Assembly (NCBI RefSeq): GCF_032191835.1
Contig: NC_083229.1
Location: 81,468,001-81,532,000, forward strand
Length of the DNA stretch: 64,000 nt
Reading direction: 5' to 3'
Origin: Heteronotia binoei
Taxonomy: Eukaryota
Position numbers and translations under genes: made by a program. Below, piece by piece: positions 36,885 to 48,760 of the stretch (the stretch's first letter is position 1; each line of letters begins with the position of its first letter). Under the pieces are notes generated by a model. It was not told the origin of the DNA and searched no databases. It saw only the letters and a list, made by a program, of their open reading frames with translations.

Positions 36885-37570
36885 TATTTTATTTATTTAA
36901 ACATTTTATAAACCTTAAATGTCATGGCAGCTTACAAGCAGTAATTAAAACTTGACAAATAGAAACCTAACAAAATTTAAAACTCAAGATACCTCCCTGT
37001 CCCCTTAAAAGATGCTCATATTTCATCAAAAACTCTGACAAATGAGCAAGCTTTAAAGTATCTTCTAAAGACATCCAACAAAGGGGCTCCTCTTAATCCT
37101 TTAGGCAGCCTATTCCACGGAGTAGGAGCCGCTAGAGAAAAGGCCTAGGTTCTGGTCAATGCCAGGCGGGCCACCATGAGTAGGTGAACAATCAACAAGT
37201 GGCATTCTGAAGACCATAGCTGACACATGAAAACATATGGAAGGAGACAGACATTGAAATATGTGGGACCCAGGTCATGAAGGGATTTAAAAGCAATAAC
37301 CAGAACCTTAAATTGAACTCAGTAATAAAACGTAGTTGTTTCAAAACGGGCAATGCAAGTTTCCATTGTTTTACTCCTGACAATAACTGGGCTGCCACAT
37401 TCTGGTCCAGGTTCAGTTAACAGGTTGTGTTAGTTGTGCAGCCCAACTAAGAGGTTACCAAAGCATGGGTCAGCATGACCAGAATGGTTTAGTAGAAGAA
37501 AGTGGAGTGCTGGTGAACCAGATGCTGCTAACAGAAGACTGCGCCAACCTGCCTTTCAAACAGCAAGGCT
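36885..37570 (-). mobile_element. Old L2 3' fragment
   Basis: Reverse strand gives QLR.ITE.NL.FW.LL-type LHWLP region and RT.AFS.AAPTPWN; L2 tail toward 36885. Confidence 0.75.
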
Positions 37571-37654
37571 GAGCACATCAGGTTCTTAACCTGCTTTGCA
37601 AATGCTGCTAACTCCACTCCCTCCAGGATAAATGAACCCAACACCTTGAGAAAA

Positions 37655-37908
37655 TTAGTCTTCCCAGAGGCCCATCAGTGGCTACTAGCCACAGCATATT
37701 GTTGGAACTCTCTGTCTGGGGCAAGTGATGCTCTGTATTCTTGGTGCTTGGGAGGGGCAACAGTGTGAGGGCTTCTAGTGTCCTGGCTGGCTCCACTGAC
37801 GGACCTCCTGATGGCACCTGGGTTTTTTGGCCACTGTGTGACACAGAGTGTTGGCCTGGATGAGCCATTGGCCTGGTCCAACATGGCTTGTCTTATGTTC
37901 TTATGTAT
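37655..37908 (+). mobile_element. CR1 3' end
   Basis: ATCAGTGGCTACTAGCC.. and terminal GGCCTGGATGAGCCATTGGCCTGGTCCAACATGGCTTGTCTTATGTTCTTATG. Confidence 0.75.
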
Positions 37909-38724
37909 CACAAGGTGTGTTTGCAAGGTCTTGGGCATCAAAGACTTTTGCACAGTCATTGCTGTTCTGGGGAAGAGGGTCCAACCCCTTCCCCCAGCCT
38001 TCCTTGTTTACAAACTTCCAGATTTTTGTGCAAGCCTGGGGGTTTCTGTGGGTTTTAATTCTATACTATATATGATTCACAAATTACGTACATCCTCAAG
38101 CTAGAAAATCCAGAGGAAATACTCACGCTATCAGTGACTATAGGTTGTAATACTGAACCTGATGACACACCACTGATTTCTTAAGAAAAAGATTTTTGTT
38201 TAGTACAGAATCTGAGTTCCAGAGACAAGTATGAACTCCTTGCAAAAGAGCATAATAATTTTTTACGTGATATGAATGATTTCATTTGTCAAGGAAGAAC
38301 CATGCAGAATCAGATATCCCCCACGGCAGTTTTTACCTATTGACAATTTTATAACTACATTAATTTGGGATTAGAAAGCACTTTCCCCTGGTGATTATTG
38401 TTAAACAATTTCTTCTGGAGTGGAAGGTGATCCTTGGAGGGGGGGGGGGGGGGAGACTGTGTTGTGTACTTTTCCTAAAAAGAGGAATTACATAAATGGT
38501 TTATGAGTATGTCTAGTTTGCATCTGAATGAATGGAGACTCTATAAGATTTTTTAATTAAAACATATTCCTAAAGCATTCTTCCACACACTTATGGGAGG
38601 AAAGAATTCCCTGGAATATTATGGGAGGTAGAGCCACGCAAGGAAAGACCGATTTTCTCCATTTCATTCACAGACTAGGCAAGTGGTATAGAAAAGAACA
38701 AATCCTCAGTACAGGGCAGACATA

Positions 38725-38890
38725 TGGCTCATTGGTAGACCACTTGAGCTGAGTGCAGAAAGTCCCCAGGTACAACCCCCAGCATCTCCAGTTTAAAAAA
38801 ATCGGGTAGTATGTGCTGTTGCTACCAGTGAGAGTAGACAGAGCTGACTTTAACAGACCAAAGGTCTGATTCAGTCTCATGTGCTGATGT
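38725..38890 (+). mobile_element. tRNA-derived SINE (partial)
   Basis: A-box-like GGCTCATTGGTAG and B-box-like GGTACAACCCC head; tail GACCAAAGGTCTGATTCAGT. Confidence 0.6.
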
Positions 38891-39089
38891 ACTTTAGCTC
38901 AGGCTCTGCCTGGTATACTAGAACATGTCATGAACGAGAGGATATCTTCTACAAATAATCTACTTTAAGGAAACAACTCACATACATCTTTAACTCACAC
39001 AGCGCTACTGAATAGTTTTGGACTGGAATAAACATGTCTTGAGCTGTCCCTACGCACCAGCCATTTTTGTAGCTTGCAGCTTCGGCTTC

Positions 39090-39920
39090 AAGTGTTTATG
39101 GCTTACAAGATTCGACTCCACCCGCTGCTGCTGGTAGCAACTTCTAGCATTACCTCAATACTCCACGTGCGCGGGAGCCCATCCGTGACGCTCCCGCTCA
39201 CCGTAGCTGGGACAGAAGGCGGCACAGGGGCGGGGAACAGTCTAGACAGAGCACAGAACGCGAGCAAACGCCCACAATTCGGCGCACGCGCGTAGTTGCC
39301 ACCGCCGGTGTACTCGGTGCTTGCTTTTCTTTTCTCCCTAGATTCCCCCCCCCCCCACCATCACGAAGGCGCATGCGCCCTTCGATCCGGTCTCTCGGTC
39401 TGTTTGAACAGGAAGGCGGACATATTTGTGTGACTCTGCCCTCCTTGATGAGTTGCTGAGGCAGCGGTGGCCGCCCTGGGGCCTCATTCTCTTCCCTTCG
39501 TTCGGTTTCCTCGCACTGGGGAACAGCGGCCTTTTCTCCTTCGCGGCTGAACAGGGAGGGTCGTCGAGTAGAGCCCAGCCCAGGCATCTGCTTAACTTCC
39601 CCAGAGTTGAAGCGTGGCGAAGTGAACGATTCGCAGCTTCAGTCGGTGGGGGGAGGAGGAAGCAGCGAAGCGGCGGCGAGCACCGCGAAGAAGACCGGGG
39701 CAGAGGCGACGCGGGGAAAGGGGGCGCGCGAAGGAAGGAAGATGCTTCAGCCGTTGCGCGGCCGTTGGTGAAGCCGCGCGTGTCCGGAGGGCAAGGCGGA
39801 GGCTCCTTCCCCCTCAAGAAGCGGGGCCAGGGCGGCCTGTGCGGCGGCTGGCATCCTTCTGTTTAGTTCCGCTGCGGCTTGGGCAGGGAGTGAAGCTGTG
39901 CCCTTTCTCGGGCCTGGGTC
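39090..39920. promoter_or_regulatory. CpG island / ROCK1 promoter and start of the 5' leader
   Basis: Sharp rise in GC and CpG content against a CpG-poor background. E-box CACGTG 39164-39169, GC box GGGGCGGGG 39227-39235, NRF1-type palindrome GCGCATGCGC 39369-39378. Lies 0.5-1.3 kb upstream of the ROCK1 ATG. Confidence 0.85.
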
Positions 39921-40409
39921 TCTATGGAAGGAGCAGCCCGGTGACGCTCTGAGGTTTCCTGTTTTCATGGTAGGCCCCTCTCTTGCAGCTTTCCTTCCCT
40001 CGTTTCAAAGAGGTTGCTACTGGGGAGTTGGCACCGAAGAGGAGGAGCTGCAGGAGAAGGAACCGCTACGCTGGCTGCCAGGGCGGCTGTCTAGATGGGA
40101 ATATGTGGCTGCAGAGACTTTGGGGCCCAAGCTGGAGGAAAGAGAACACTGGCAAGGCTGTGACGGCAGCCTAGAAATTAAGGAGCAGTTGGTAAAGACT
40201 GTTCCCTGGACAGGGAATAGCGCCTCTGTTTCCACTTTCGGCTTTAATTCTCTGTTTTGTGTGATGATGTGCGTGGGAGAGAGCATGAGGGACCACTGCT
40301 CTGCATCCCCATCTCCGCTCTGATAAGGTGGCCTAGAAAAGCCAGCTCAGGGGGGAACCCCTGTCCGTTTTTGCTTTTCTGTGGATTAAGGCAGCTACCA
40401 TTCGGCACC

Positions 40410-40502
40410 ATGTCGATAGGAGAGAGTTTTGAATCTCGATTTGAGAAAATCGGTATGATGTTAAAGGACCCCAAATCTGAAGTGAACGCTGACTGCTTAT
40501 TG
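40410..40502 (+). CDS. ROCK1: Rho-associated protein kinase 1, first coding exon (93 nt, 31 aa); the gene continues beyond the window
   Basis: GGCACCATG Kozak context. Translates MSIGESFESRFEKIGMMLKDPKSEVNADCLL, matching the recalled ROCK1 N-terminus MSTGDSFETRFEKMDNLLRDPKSEVNSDCLL. Phase-0 donor TTG|GTGAGT at 40503. No exon-2 sequence (DGLDALVYDLDFPAL) was found downstream, so intron 1 exceeds 23 kb. Confidence 0.95.
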
Positions 40503-42587
40503 GTGAGTTACATGTGCTCCTATTTAAATACATAAATACCGCAGGTTCTCTTGGGAGAAGCCTTTTGCAATGAATTTTTTTAAATGTGTTCTGATATTAC
40601 TTTGCTTTCACTATTTGAGAGGCTGAAGATATAAACTGTTAACATTTTGCTGTTGTAACTCAGAGAATTCCTGAAAGGATAGCACTTATTTCAAGGGCAT
40701 TTTTTTGTTTTAGAATAATATTTCCTAAAATAGACGAATTGTATATAGCTATTAAAAACCAGTATTTTTATTAGAACAAATCAACAAATCAGAAAATCGT
40801 TCTGAGGAACTAAAAAGCTCATATTCACTATTATGTAATATTTTGGTTGTTGCTAATAAAAAAGATATCAGCTATTAGTCTTGTAAAATATGAGTAATTT
40901 ACTGTATTTAACATATTGTCTACAGTGTAAAGTAAAAAGCACCTGTTTTTATTGTTGGGTTTAACACCATGGCTCAAGCCATATTGTAACTGCTGGTACC
41001 AGAATGGTAGACATCACTCAATTCTGCTCAGTTTTCAGTTGATTCCTTTAGAGTATCTCTTAAGTAGTTTGAATTCTCAGCTGACGCAGATTAAACAATG
41101 AGTCTCTTCTTTGTTAGTAGGCAGTTCCTTATAAAACTTACATTGTGAGTTCTTGGAGGATGAAGACTGCTTCTAAGGCACTTTGGCAGAACCTTGTTTT
41201 GTCAGCACTCTAGCTATAAAGTTGTAGCTGTAGTTATAAAGTTCTAGTCTTCCATCATCAGTGCAACTTTAATAGTAATTTTTCCCCTCAGAACTTAACT
41301 GCTTAGTAATTAACTTCTGTAGTTGTTCATTTGATAAAAAAAAGTTTCATCTTTATTGTGTTCCTTCCCTGTGTGCCCAGTAGTCTCAATTAAGTGGGTT
41401 GTTTTGGATGCTAGCAGTGAGTCTTTTGAGGTATAACTGAATAAAAGGGGTTGGCCCTTAACATGAGCAAAGGCATTATTCTCTAGGTGAGTCCTTTGAT
41501 AACAGTTGATAACTGTTGTGCCTTATTATATATAATATGCAGACTGAAAGATTTTGATGACGGGTGATTGTGTGCCTGGTTTAAAGACATTGCCCTTTGA
41601 ATGGAAGATTTACTATGCACAGCAAATACATCCTAATGTTGGAGTAAGACATTTCACTATATTACGAAAGAATGTGGCTTTTAACAATTTGAACAGTTTT
41701 TCTTATTGGACCTGTGCATGTGAATTTTTCTGCTTATGATAGCTATTCTTTCGTCTCAGTTTAGGCTAACACTTAGCTGTGCTGCCACAGGCTGAAGTAC
41801 TAATGCAAAAGCAAATGTGATGAACTGAACTCAGATCTAGTTTTGGCACTTAATGAAATAATGCCACGTGATTAGATCCTTAGATGTTGTTCATTCTTGT
41901 TGTGCTCTCGTTGTAAAATAAGTTACAGCTGCAGAATATGCAAGTGTAGGGATCTGGAGGCTATTGTGGCAAGATGAATAACATCAAAATGTATTAGGGC
42001 TTTTTTCAAAGATTGTTATATAATAATAGAGAGCTTGAAGGCTATTGACAGCACACATTACAAGGCCAGTTTGGACCCTAACAAAATTTTGTTAATCAAT
42101 TTTGTTATCAATTGAAGTTTGCACTGATGGTTGGTAGTGGATTAATTTTTGGTTCCGTATGGTTGAGGGGGGCAACGTAGCAAGATCTGTAAATATAAAA
42201 AATTTAAGGGTGTTTGGAGGGGCCAGATTCAATTTACATTCATCCATCATAGTGTTGCCATCTTCTCACTTTTAAATAAAATTAGGGTTCAGTTTTATTG
42301 TTGAAAGGGAAATTTGTAAAGCTGATTAATAATGTTGGCAGCCTTGAAGAAGCTATATAGTTGAGGGCTGTTGCTAAGGAACAGTCCCATGTGTCTTATT
42401 ATGTTTCTTCTTTAGGACAGGGCAAACTTAAATGTTCTCAGAACCTGTAGTTGTCATGTAGACAGCCCATGTTGAAGGCCTTAACAATTAAATAGCTCTA
42501 CTACATGCATCTGTCTAAATATGAGTGTTAGCATATCAGTCCCAAAATAATACTATCATGCAAATGCTTAAGAACATTTATTTATTT

Positions 42588-42752
42588 AGTTTCAGAGGGT
42601 AGCCATGTTGATCTGCAGTAGAAGAATTAGACTTGAGTCCAGTAGCAGCTTAGAGACCAGCAAGATTTTCAGGGTATAAGCTTTTGAGAGTTAAAGATCC
42701 ATGAAGGCTTATCACCTGAAAATCTTGCTGGTGCTACTGAATTCAAATCTAT
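42588..42752. mobile_element. Penelope-like inverted terminal remnant
   Basis: CCAGCAAGATTTTCAGGGTATAAGC is paired in inverted orientation with GCTTATCACCTGAAAATCTTGCTGG; also AGTCCAGTAGCA versus TGCTACTGAAT. Confidence 0.6.
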
Positions 42753-42985
42753 CTCAGCTATTTATACCCAGATTTTTTTTTCTCCAGTGAAGACACAAAG
42801 TAATTTACAAGAATGTTCTCCCTGCTTCCGTTTTTATCCTCACAGCCCACCCAGTGAGGTTTATTTTGGGTTGAGAGAGAGCGACAAGTCCTCCAAGGTT
42901 ATGCAATGACCTTCCATGGCTCAGTGGACATTCAGGCCTCCAAGATCTTACACCAGTACACAAACTACTGTGCCACACTGGCTCT
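42735..42985 (-). mobile_element. MIR/Squam3-type SINE
   Basis: Reverse-complement core TTTTATCCTCACAGCCCACCCAGTGAGG and head ..CTGTGCCACACTGGCTCT. Confidence 0.65.
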
Positions 42986-43019
42986 CAAACAAGAGTAGAT
43001 TTCTACATCTTGTCTATTG

Positions 43020-43300
43020 TCTTATTGAGTCTAGCATCCTGTTTCACATAGTGGCCAATTATATGTCTCTAGAAGCCTTGTCAGCAGAACATGGATGCTA
43101 AGGCCTTCTGTGTTGTTTCACTCAAGCACTGGTGTTCCATTTAAAACCTCCATGAGTTTTTAAAACCATCAAAGTTGTGGCTATAACTATGTTCCATGGC
43201 AGTAAGTTTGTCAAATTAACTGACGTGTTTCTGGTCATTCGCCCTTCCCCTTAGTTGTGTTTTCTCAGAAAAGCGATAAACTTCTTACCTTTTTCCTCTA
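43020..43300 (-). mobile_element. Old CR1 3' fragment
   Basis: Reverse-complement homology to 37655-37908 (CTGTTTCACATAGTGGCCAA; GTGGCTATAACTATG). Confidence 0.55.
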
Positions 43301-43961
43301 GAGATGTGAAACTTTTTGGGGATTTTGAAGCCATGGGCAAGAAATGTTTTTTTCCAGAATTTTAGGGGGGAAATGGATTTTTGAATAACAATAATAATAA
43401 TAAAAAGGCAGTTGCAAATAATGCAGTTTGGTAAGATATATTTGCATTTTTGTCAGACAGTCAGTAGAGAATTATATCCTATGTTGACCAACCACTACAT
43501 TGAGAAAGATAAAAATGCAGATATTTCTATCTTGCATCATACAACAGACAATACAATAGGCAATGGAATAAATCTACAATAGATATGTACACAATCTATC
43601 TTTAATAGGAACCTGGTGATACCTGCTCTCCAAATATGCTATAGGCATCTGTTGGAATCTCACTTCTGTAATTGCTTTCCTGACACTTGGAAAGGTGATA
43701 TTCTGTAAATAAAGTCTTATGCAATGTCTTATAGTCCAGGAGTGTCAAACTCATGAGGGCTGGATCTGACATAAATAATACTTTGTTGGGCAGGGCCATG
43801 TTGGGCTAGGCCATGTGTGTACCTATTTAAGATTCGGTAGCAGACGTATAAGTATTCAGTATATAAGTATTCGGTATATATATATTCGGTATATAAGATT
43901 CGGTAGCAGACGTATATAAAGGGCACAAACACAAATATTTTTGAAAAAAAAATCCTTAAAA

Positions 43962-44088
43962 CAGGGGTGGCCAACTGTAGCTCTTCAGATGTTTTTTTTG
44001 CCTACAATTCCCATCAGCCCCAGCCATTGGGGCTGATGGGAGTTGTAGGCAAAAAAAAAATCTGAAGAGCTACCGTTGGCTACCCCTG
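43962..44088. mobile_element. Short palindromic hAT-type MITE nested in the element above
   Basis: Near-perfect hairpin CAGGGGTGGCCAAC..GAGCT..CCCATCAGCCCC / GGGGCTGATGGG..AGCT..GTTGGCTACCCCTG; flanking CTTAAAAC duplicated imperfectly. Confidence 0.85.
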
Positions 44089-44162
44089 TGGCTTAAAACA
44101 TTAGCACTTGTTGGTCTTAAAGGTGCTTTCTTTGTATTTCTCCCATGGGATCCAGGGAACTG

Positions 44163-44367
44163 NNNNNNNNNNNNNNNNNNNNNNNNNNNNNNNNNNNNNN
44201 NNNNNNNNNNNNNNNNNNNNNNNNNNNNNNNNNNNNNNNNNNNNNNNNNNNNNNNNNNNNNNNNNNNNNNNNNNNNNNNNNNNNNNNNNNNNNNNNNNNN
44301 NNNNNNNNNNNNNNNNNNNNNNNNNNNNNNNNNNNNNNNNNNNNNNNNNNNNNNNNNNNNNNNNNNN
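44163..44367. other. Assembly gap (205 N)
   Basis: Run of N in the sequence. Confidence 1.
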
Positions 44368-44949
44368 AGAGTAGCCTCAGCCAACAGAAGGAAGAGTGGC
44401 TTGACTCAGTAGCTCTGCTATGTGATTGAGAGCCTGGCAAAGCAAGCTCTGCCTCCCCCCCTTCCTTCTCAAGGGAGGAGCCTCAGCCAATGGAAAAAAT
44501 AGCTCCTGTGTAATTGAGCTCTGTAGCTCCTGTGCAATTTAGCAAGCCTTGGAAAGCAAGCTGTTATGTGGAAGGAAGCAAGAGAGAGAGAGAAAGAAGC
44601 AGATGACAGCCAATTGCTTGGGGGCCTGATAGCAGCCCTCCAGGGGCCTGATTCAGCCCCTGGGCCACATACTTGACACCCGTCTTATACAATGACTGTG
44701 TAGCAATAAGAAGACTGGTGGTTATTCTCAGTCTAGGCTTAGATTAAATTTATAGGTTTTATGAATTCATGTGTTGAAATCCATAAGTTATTGCCTGTTT
44801 TGAGACATCAACTAGTGCTGTGCTTTATCAAGGCAGTTCTAGGCCCAGCCCTCCAATCTCAGTTGCTCATACCAGCATTTCTTTGGTAACCTAGAATCCA
44901 TCATATCAGTGCATCTGCACTAATATTCAAACCCCCCCCCCACTTCCTG

Positions 44950-45135
44950 TTAAGTCAGTTTACTTATGGAGATTCTGTAGGGTTTTCAAGGCAAAAGACA
45001 TCCAGAGGTAGTTTGCCCTTGCTTGCCTCTGAATAATGACCCTAATATTCCTTGGTGGTCTCCCTTCCAAATACTGACCAGGGTCAGCCTTGCTTAGCTT
45101 CCAAAATCTGACAAGATTGGGCTAGTCTGAGCTAT
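44950..45135 (-). mobile_element. 5S rRNA-derived SINE with a Sauria/BovB-like tail
   Basis: Reverse strand GCCCAATCTTGTCAGATTTTGGAAGCTAAGCAAGG..CTGGTCAGTATTTGGAAGGGAGACC, then GGCAAACTACCTCTGGATGTCTTTTGCCTTGAAAACCCTAC. Confidence 0.8.
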
Positions 45136-46399
45136 GGATAAAGTAGAAAAGATACCTGTCTCTGTTCTTAAGATACCTGCTGGAGATGCTGGTAGGAAGG
45201 TTTTTGATAAATTATTTTGCATAAAAGGACAATATTACTCATTCCCCTACTATCAAATTTATAATTCATTTTAGCAACTGATTTCCTCACATACATTTTT
45301 TGGGTTTATTTTGCTAGCTGACCACCTTTTGAATAGAAATCTCAGGATCTGCTAAATAGTTCGTGAAACCATCAGTTAAAATGCCTTCAAGCAAGTTCTC
45401 CAACTAAATTGTTAAAATATATCCCTAGGTACTTAAAATTTAGGCTGTTCTATGAGACATCCATTTATTTTTTTAGATCTGTTTTCAAAAACCACTGCTT
45501 TTGGCCTGATTTGTATACTGACCTTACTCTTGATCTTCTATATCGTCAATCTGCCAAGTTTTGGAATTGGCTTGGAATTGAGTGCTCTGCACCTTTTCCC
45601 CATACTATTTCTTTCTTTAAATTAGTTGTTTTTCTGTTTGTGCTGGGTCACAATCCAGTTTTAAAATTTGAGGGTGACAGACAATAGTGATGTCATCATT
45701 TCTGTTGTCAGATCACTTCCCCCCTCCCCTTTTAAAATTGTGCAGGCACACTAGCGATACTGTGCTCTAACTCTAAGTTGAGATGGATCACCAAACATGT
45801 ACTTCTTTTTTAAAAAGACCACTACAACATTGCTACTGATCATGTGTTATCCTATGCCATTTTGAATAACGTGCAATAAATGCAAATAAACACAAATAAT
45901 AGTGATATGGACAGCAAAATAAAATTTAAAAAATTCCTCACTGCTGGCAACAAAAAATTACATATCACCCTATGTAAAAGAAACAGTAAATAGGATTACT
46001 AAAACTAAATATGGGAAAAGGCAAGAAATGACAGACATGAAATTTTGTGTGTTGCTGAAGAAATTAGCAAACTGGCAGTAAAGAAGAAACTTTTTGAAGA
46101 TATTACAGTAGGGAATATTAGCAAATATTGATGCCATTCGTACCATGTGAGCAAAGGAACTACTTAGAGGGCAGGTTTACTGGAAAATAATCCAAACTCA
46201 AAATAAGAATAATAAAAATTTTCAAGGGGGGGAACAGTTGCCTTTAAAATAACACATTAATGCACTATTTCACATAAGATCATCTAAAAATAATAGCACT
46301 TATCATTAATGCATTATTGCTAATCTTCATTATAATAAAAAAAAGTGCATGCAAGAGAAGGGGAAGTGAAAGGGAAGGGGATGGAAAATGTAGAAGTGG

Positions 46400-48480
46400 G
46401 ATGCAGAGGAGGATGTTCAAAGGGGGGACATAGATCGCTGCTGCATGGAATCGAACATGGAATCAAGCTGACTTGCGATAGGCTTAAAAATAAAATTGTC
46501 CTTTAAGTGCTCTGAAAAAAAAATGTAAAAAAAGAGACAAAACTCCAACATTGACTGGACATGGAGTAAATGAGTTGCAGAATGAAAAAAATTAGAAACG
46601 TTGTAATACAATTATATATCCAAGGCAAAAGTACATATGTGGAATAGGCTTTTCTTTTAGAGTAATTACGGTAATACTAAGCTGGTCCCTCTTATAGAAA
46701 ATTTCAGACTTACCTAGCATCCTTCTCAGACCTGTTTGGTTTAAAACCATTTCATTAGCATACAGCAGGATTGAAACTTCATCTGACCCCAAAGTAGTAT
46801 GGAGAAAAATAGAGGACATCTTGTCCTCAACTTTGTTCATACAGAAATTAAATAAAAAAGGAAACTAAAATGCAGCCCTAACATCCTGCAGAACACTAAT
46901 ATTTTATGTAAGATGACTGCTGACACCTACTCAGATTTGAGTAACAATTTAAATGAAGGCTGTGAGTAATCAGATTATCAATATTTGTGTTTATCAATAT
47001 TTGTCTGTTAACTTTTCCCACAAATATCCTTATTCCTTGAGTTAAAAGCATAAGATAAATTCTTGGAGAGTCAGTGAATAGTCTTAATGATTAGTAGATG
47101 CAATATAAAACATTGATGGATGGTGCTTCTGCAAAAACCTGCTTGTTCTTCATTAATAATTTTATTAGTTTCTTCCCAAGCCTCCAATTTATGCAATAAG
47201 TGAAGCAAATATAACTAATAAATCATGCCTATAATTGTGAGCATCATGATTGTTGAGGTTTTTTGTAGATTGGAATTGTCACACTATAAGTCCAATTCTG
47301 AGGGAAAATCCTGTCATTAATTTTGCAAGGATTGGTGCCCACCACTCAGGACTTTGTTTAAATATTTATTCACTTGGTAACATATCCTCAGCTTTTTTAT
47401 TTTATACTATTACCTCTTTATTTAACTGGCTGCCAAACTGGCACATTGGGAGGGAATTGATTGATCGTATATCTTCCAAGGTTCCTATTGAAGTAGAATT
47501 GCCATTCATTAGGGGAATAATGGCCTCTCTTCTCTCTCAATAAGTCACCAAAATTTAACTTCATCTTTAATACATCTTGATCCAATTTTTTCCATCTTTT
47601 CCAGTAGAGAGCTGCTTTCTTCCACTTAATTAGCTTTTTATATAGCTTCTCTGGGTGAATAAAGACAAACCAGCTTTCTCATCTCTATTATCTCTGGCTT
47701 TGCTAATTTGCCTAAATAAAATCCTCCCCCTTGCATTTTTTATGGTCTCTGACCTCTTTGTGTAATTTCTGTTGGTATATTTAGTAGATACAAGTGATTC
47801 CAAGCTTATTTTAATTTTTAATCACTTGGTTTTTCTAAGATTTAAAATTTCTTCATTGTGAAACATTTGTCCAATTTTCAAGGCCAACTTTATGAACCAT
47901 TTAAGGCATTTTTCACCTAAATAGGATACATTTCAGTCTGTGGTTGCACAGTAAATGTGAATCACACAGTAAATGTGAACATAAGCTATCAATTTAACAG
48001 GGAGATGATTGCTTTCTGCTTTGTGTGTTGAGAACTGAGCAACTTTGGACCATAGAACAGGAGACACAAATATATAATCCATGCAGCTGGCTCCCGCATC
48101 TGACACAAAGAGAAAATGGCCCTTTGATATGTCTTTACAGCTCCCATTTAATATAAATAATTGAAATTTAAACATCAAATTGAATAATCTTGTTCTAGAT
48201 TATTAACTGTGTTATTTTGGGTAGACTATTCCTGTGGGAAAACTTTGTCTAAATTTCATCCTAGCATATTAAATTGTTACATGGTCCATCCCTGTGCAAG
48301 CATTAAATCCCCACAGGGAATTATTTCTGTACTATTCTATATTCTGTATTATTATTCTGTATAATAATGTAGGATACCCAGCTTGAATATTTTGTAAAAG
48401 TCATGTAATTTCATCCAGACATCCCCATATAATGATGGCAAACTAGGGGTCATTAAATGTTTAAGCAAATCATTCTCTCA
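46400..48480 (-). mobile_element. Heavily decayed non-LTR retrotransposon ORF2 (EN + RT); clade not assignable
   Basis: Reverse strand gives a GDFNA-like motif near 48310, LFILNG..GASCMDYIFVS..ESNHLP (EN C-terminus), WWAPILAKL, EEQAGF and ILLYA(N)(E)MVL (decayed YADD). Confidence 0.65.
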
Positions 48481-48491
48481 AAAATTAAAAT

Positions 48492-48760
48492 GGTAAAGGT
48501 AGTCCCCTGTGCAAGCACCAGTTGTTTCTGACTCTGGGGTGACGTTGCTTTTCACGGCAGACTTTTTACAGAATGGTTTGCCATTGCCTTCCCCAGTCAT
48601 CTACACTTTCCTCTCAGCAATCTGGACTTCGGAAGATGGAAGGCTGAATCAACCTTAAGCCAGCTACCTGAACCCAGCTTCTGCTGGGATTGAACTCAGG
48701 TTGTGAGCAGAGCTTAGAACTGCAGTACTGCAGCTTTACCACTCTGCACCATGGGGCTCT
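48492..48760 (-). mobile_element. Sauria-type SINE
   Basis: Full head and tail on the reverse strand; TCAAAAATTA duplicated at 48478-48487 and 48766-48775. Confidence 0.92.

Larger units (their letters stand above)
43737..44681. mobile_element. hAT non-autonomous element spanning an assembly gap
   Basis: Left TIR CAGGAGTGTCAAAC, right end ..TTGACACCC. GTCTTATA occurs at 43726-43733 and 44682-44689. A further left-end fragment lies at about 10355-10422 in the opposite orientation. Confidence 0.8.

Noticed and set aside
39074-39968. Overlapping 70-160 aa ORFs on both strands in the CpG island
   Set aside because: GC-rich DNA has few stop codons; most start at non-ATG codons; low-complexity Gly/Arg/Pro content with no recognisable domain.
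44070-44440. ORFs made mostly of X
   Set aside because: Artefacts of the N gap.
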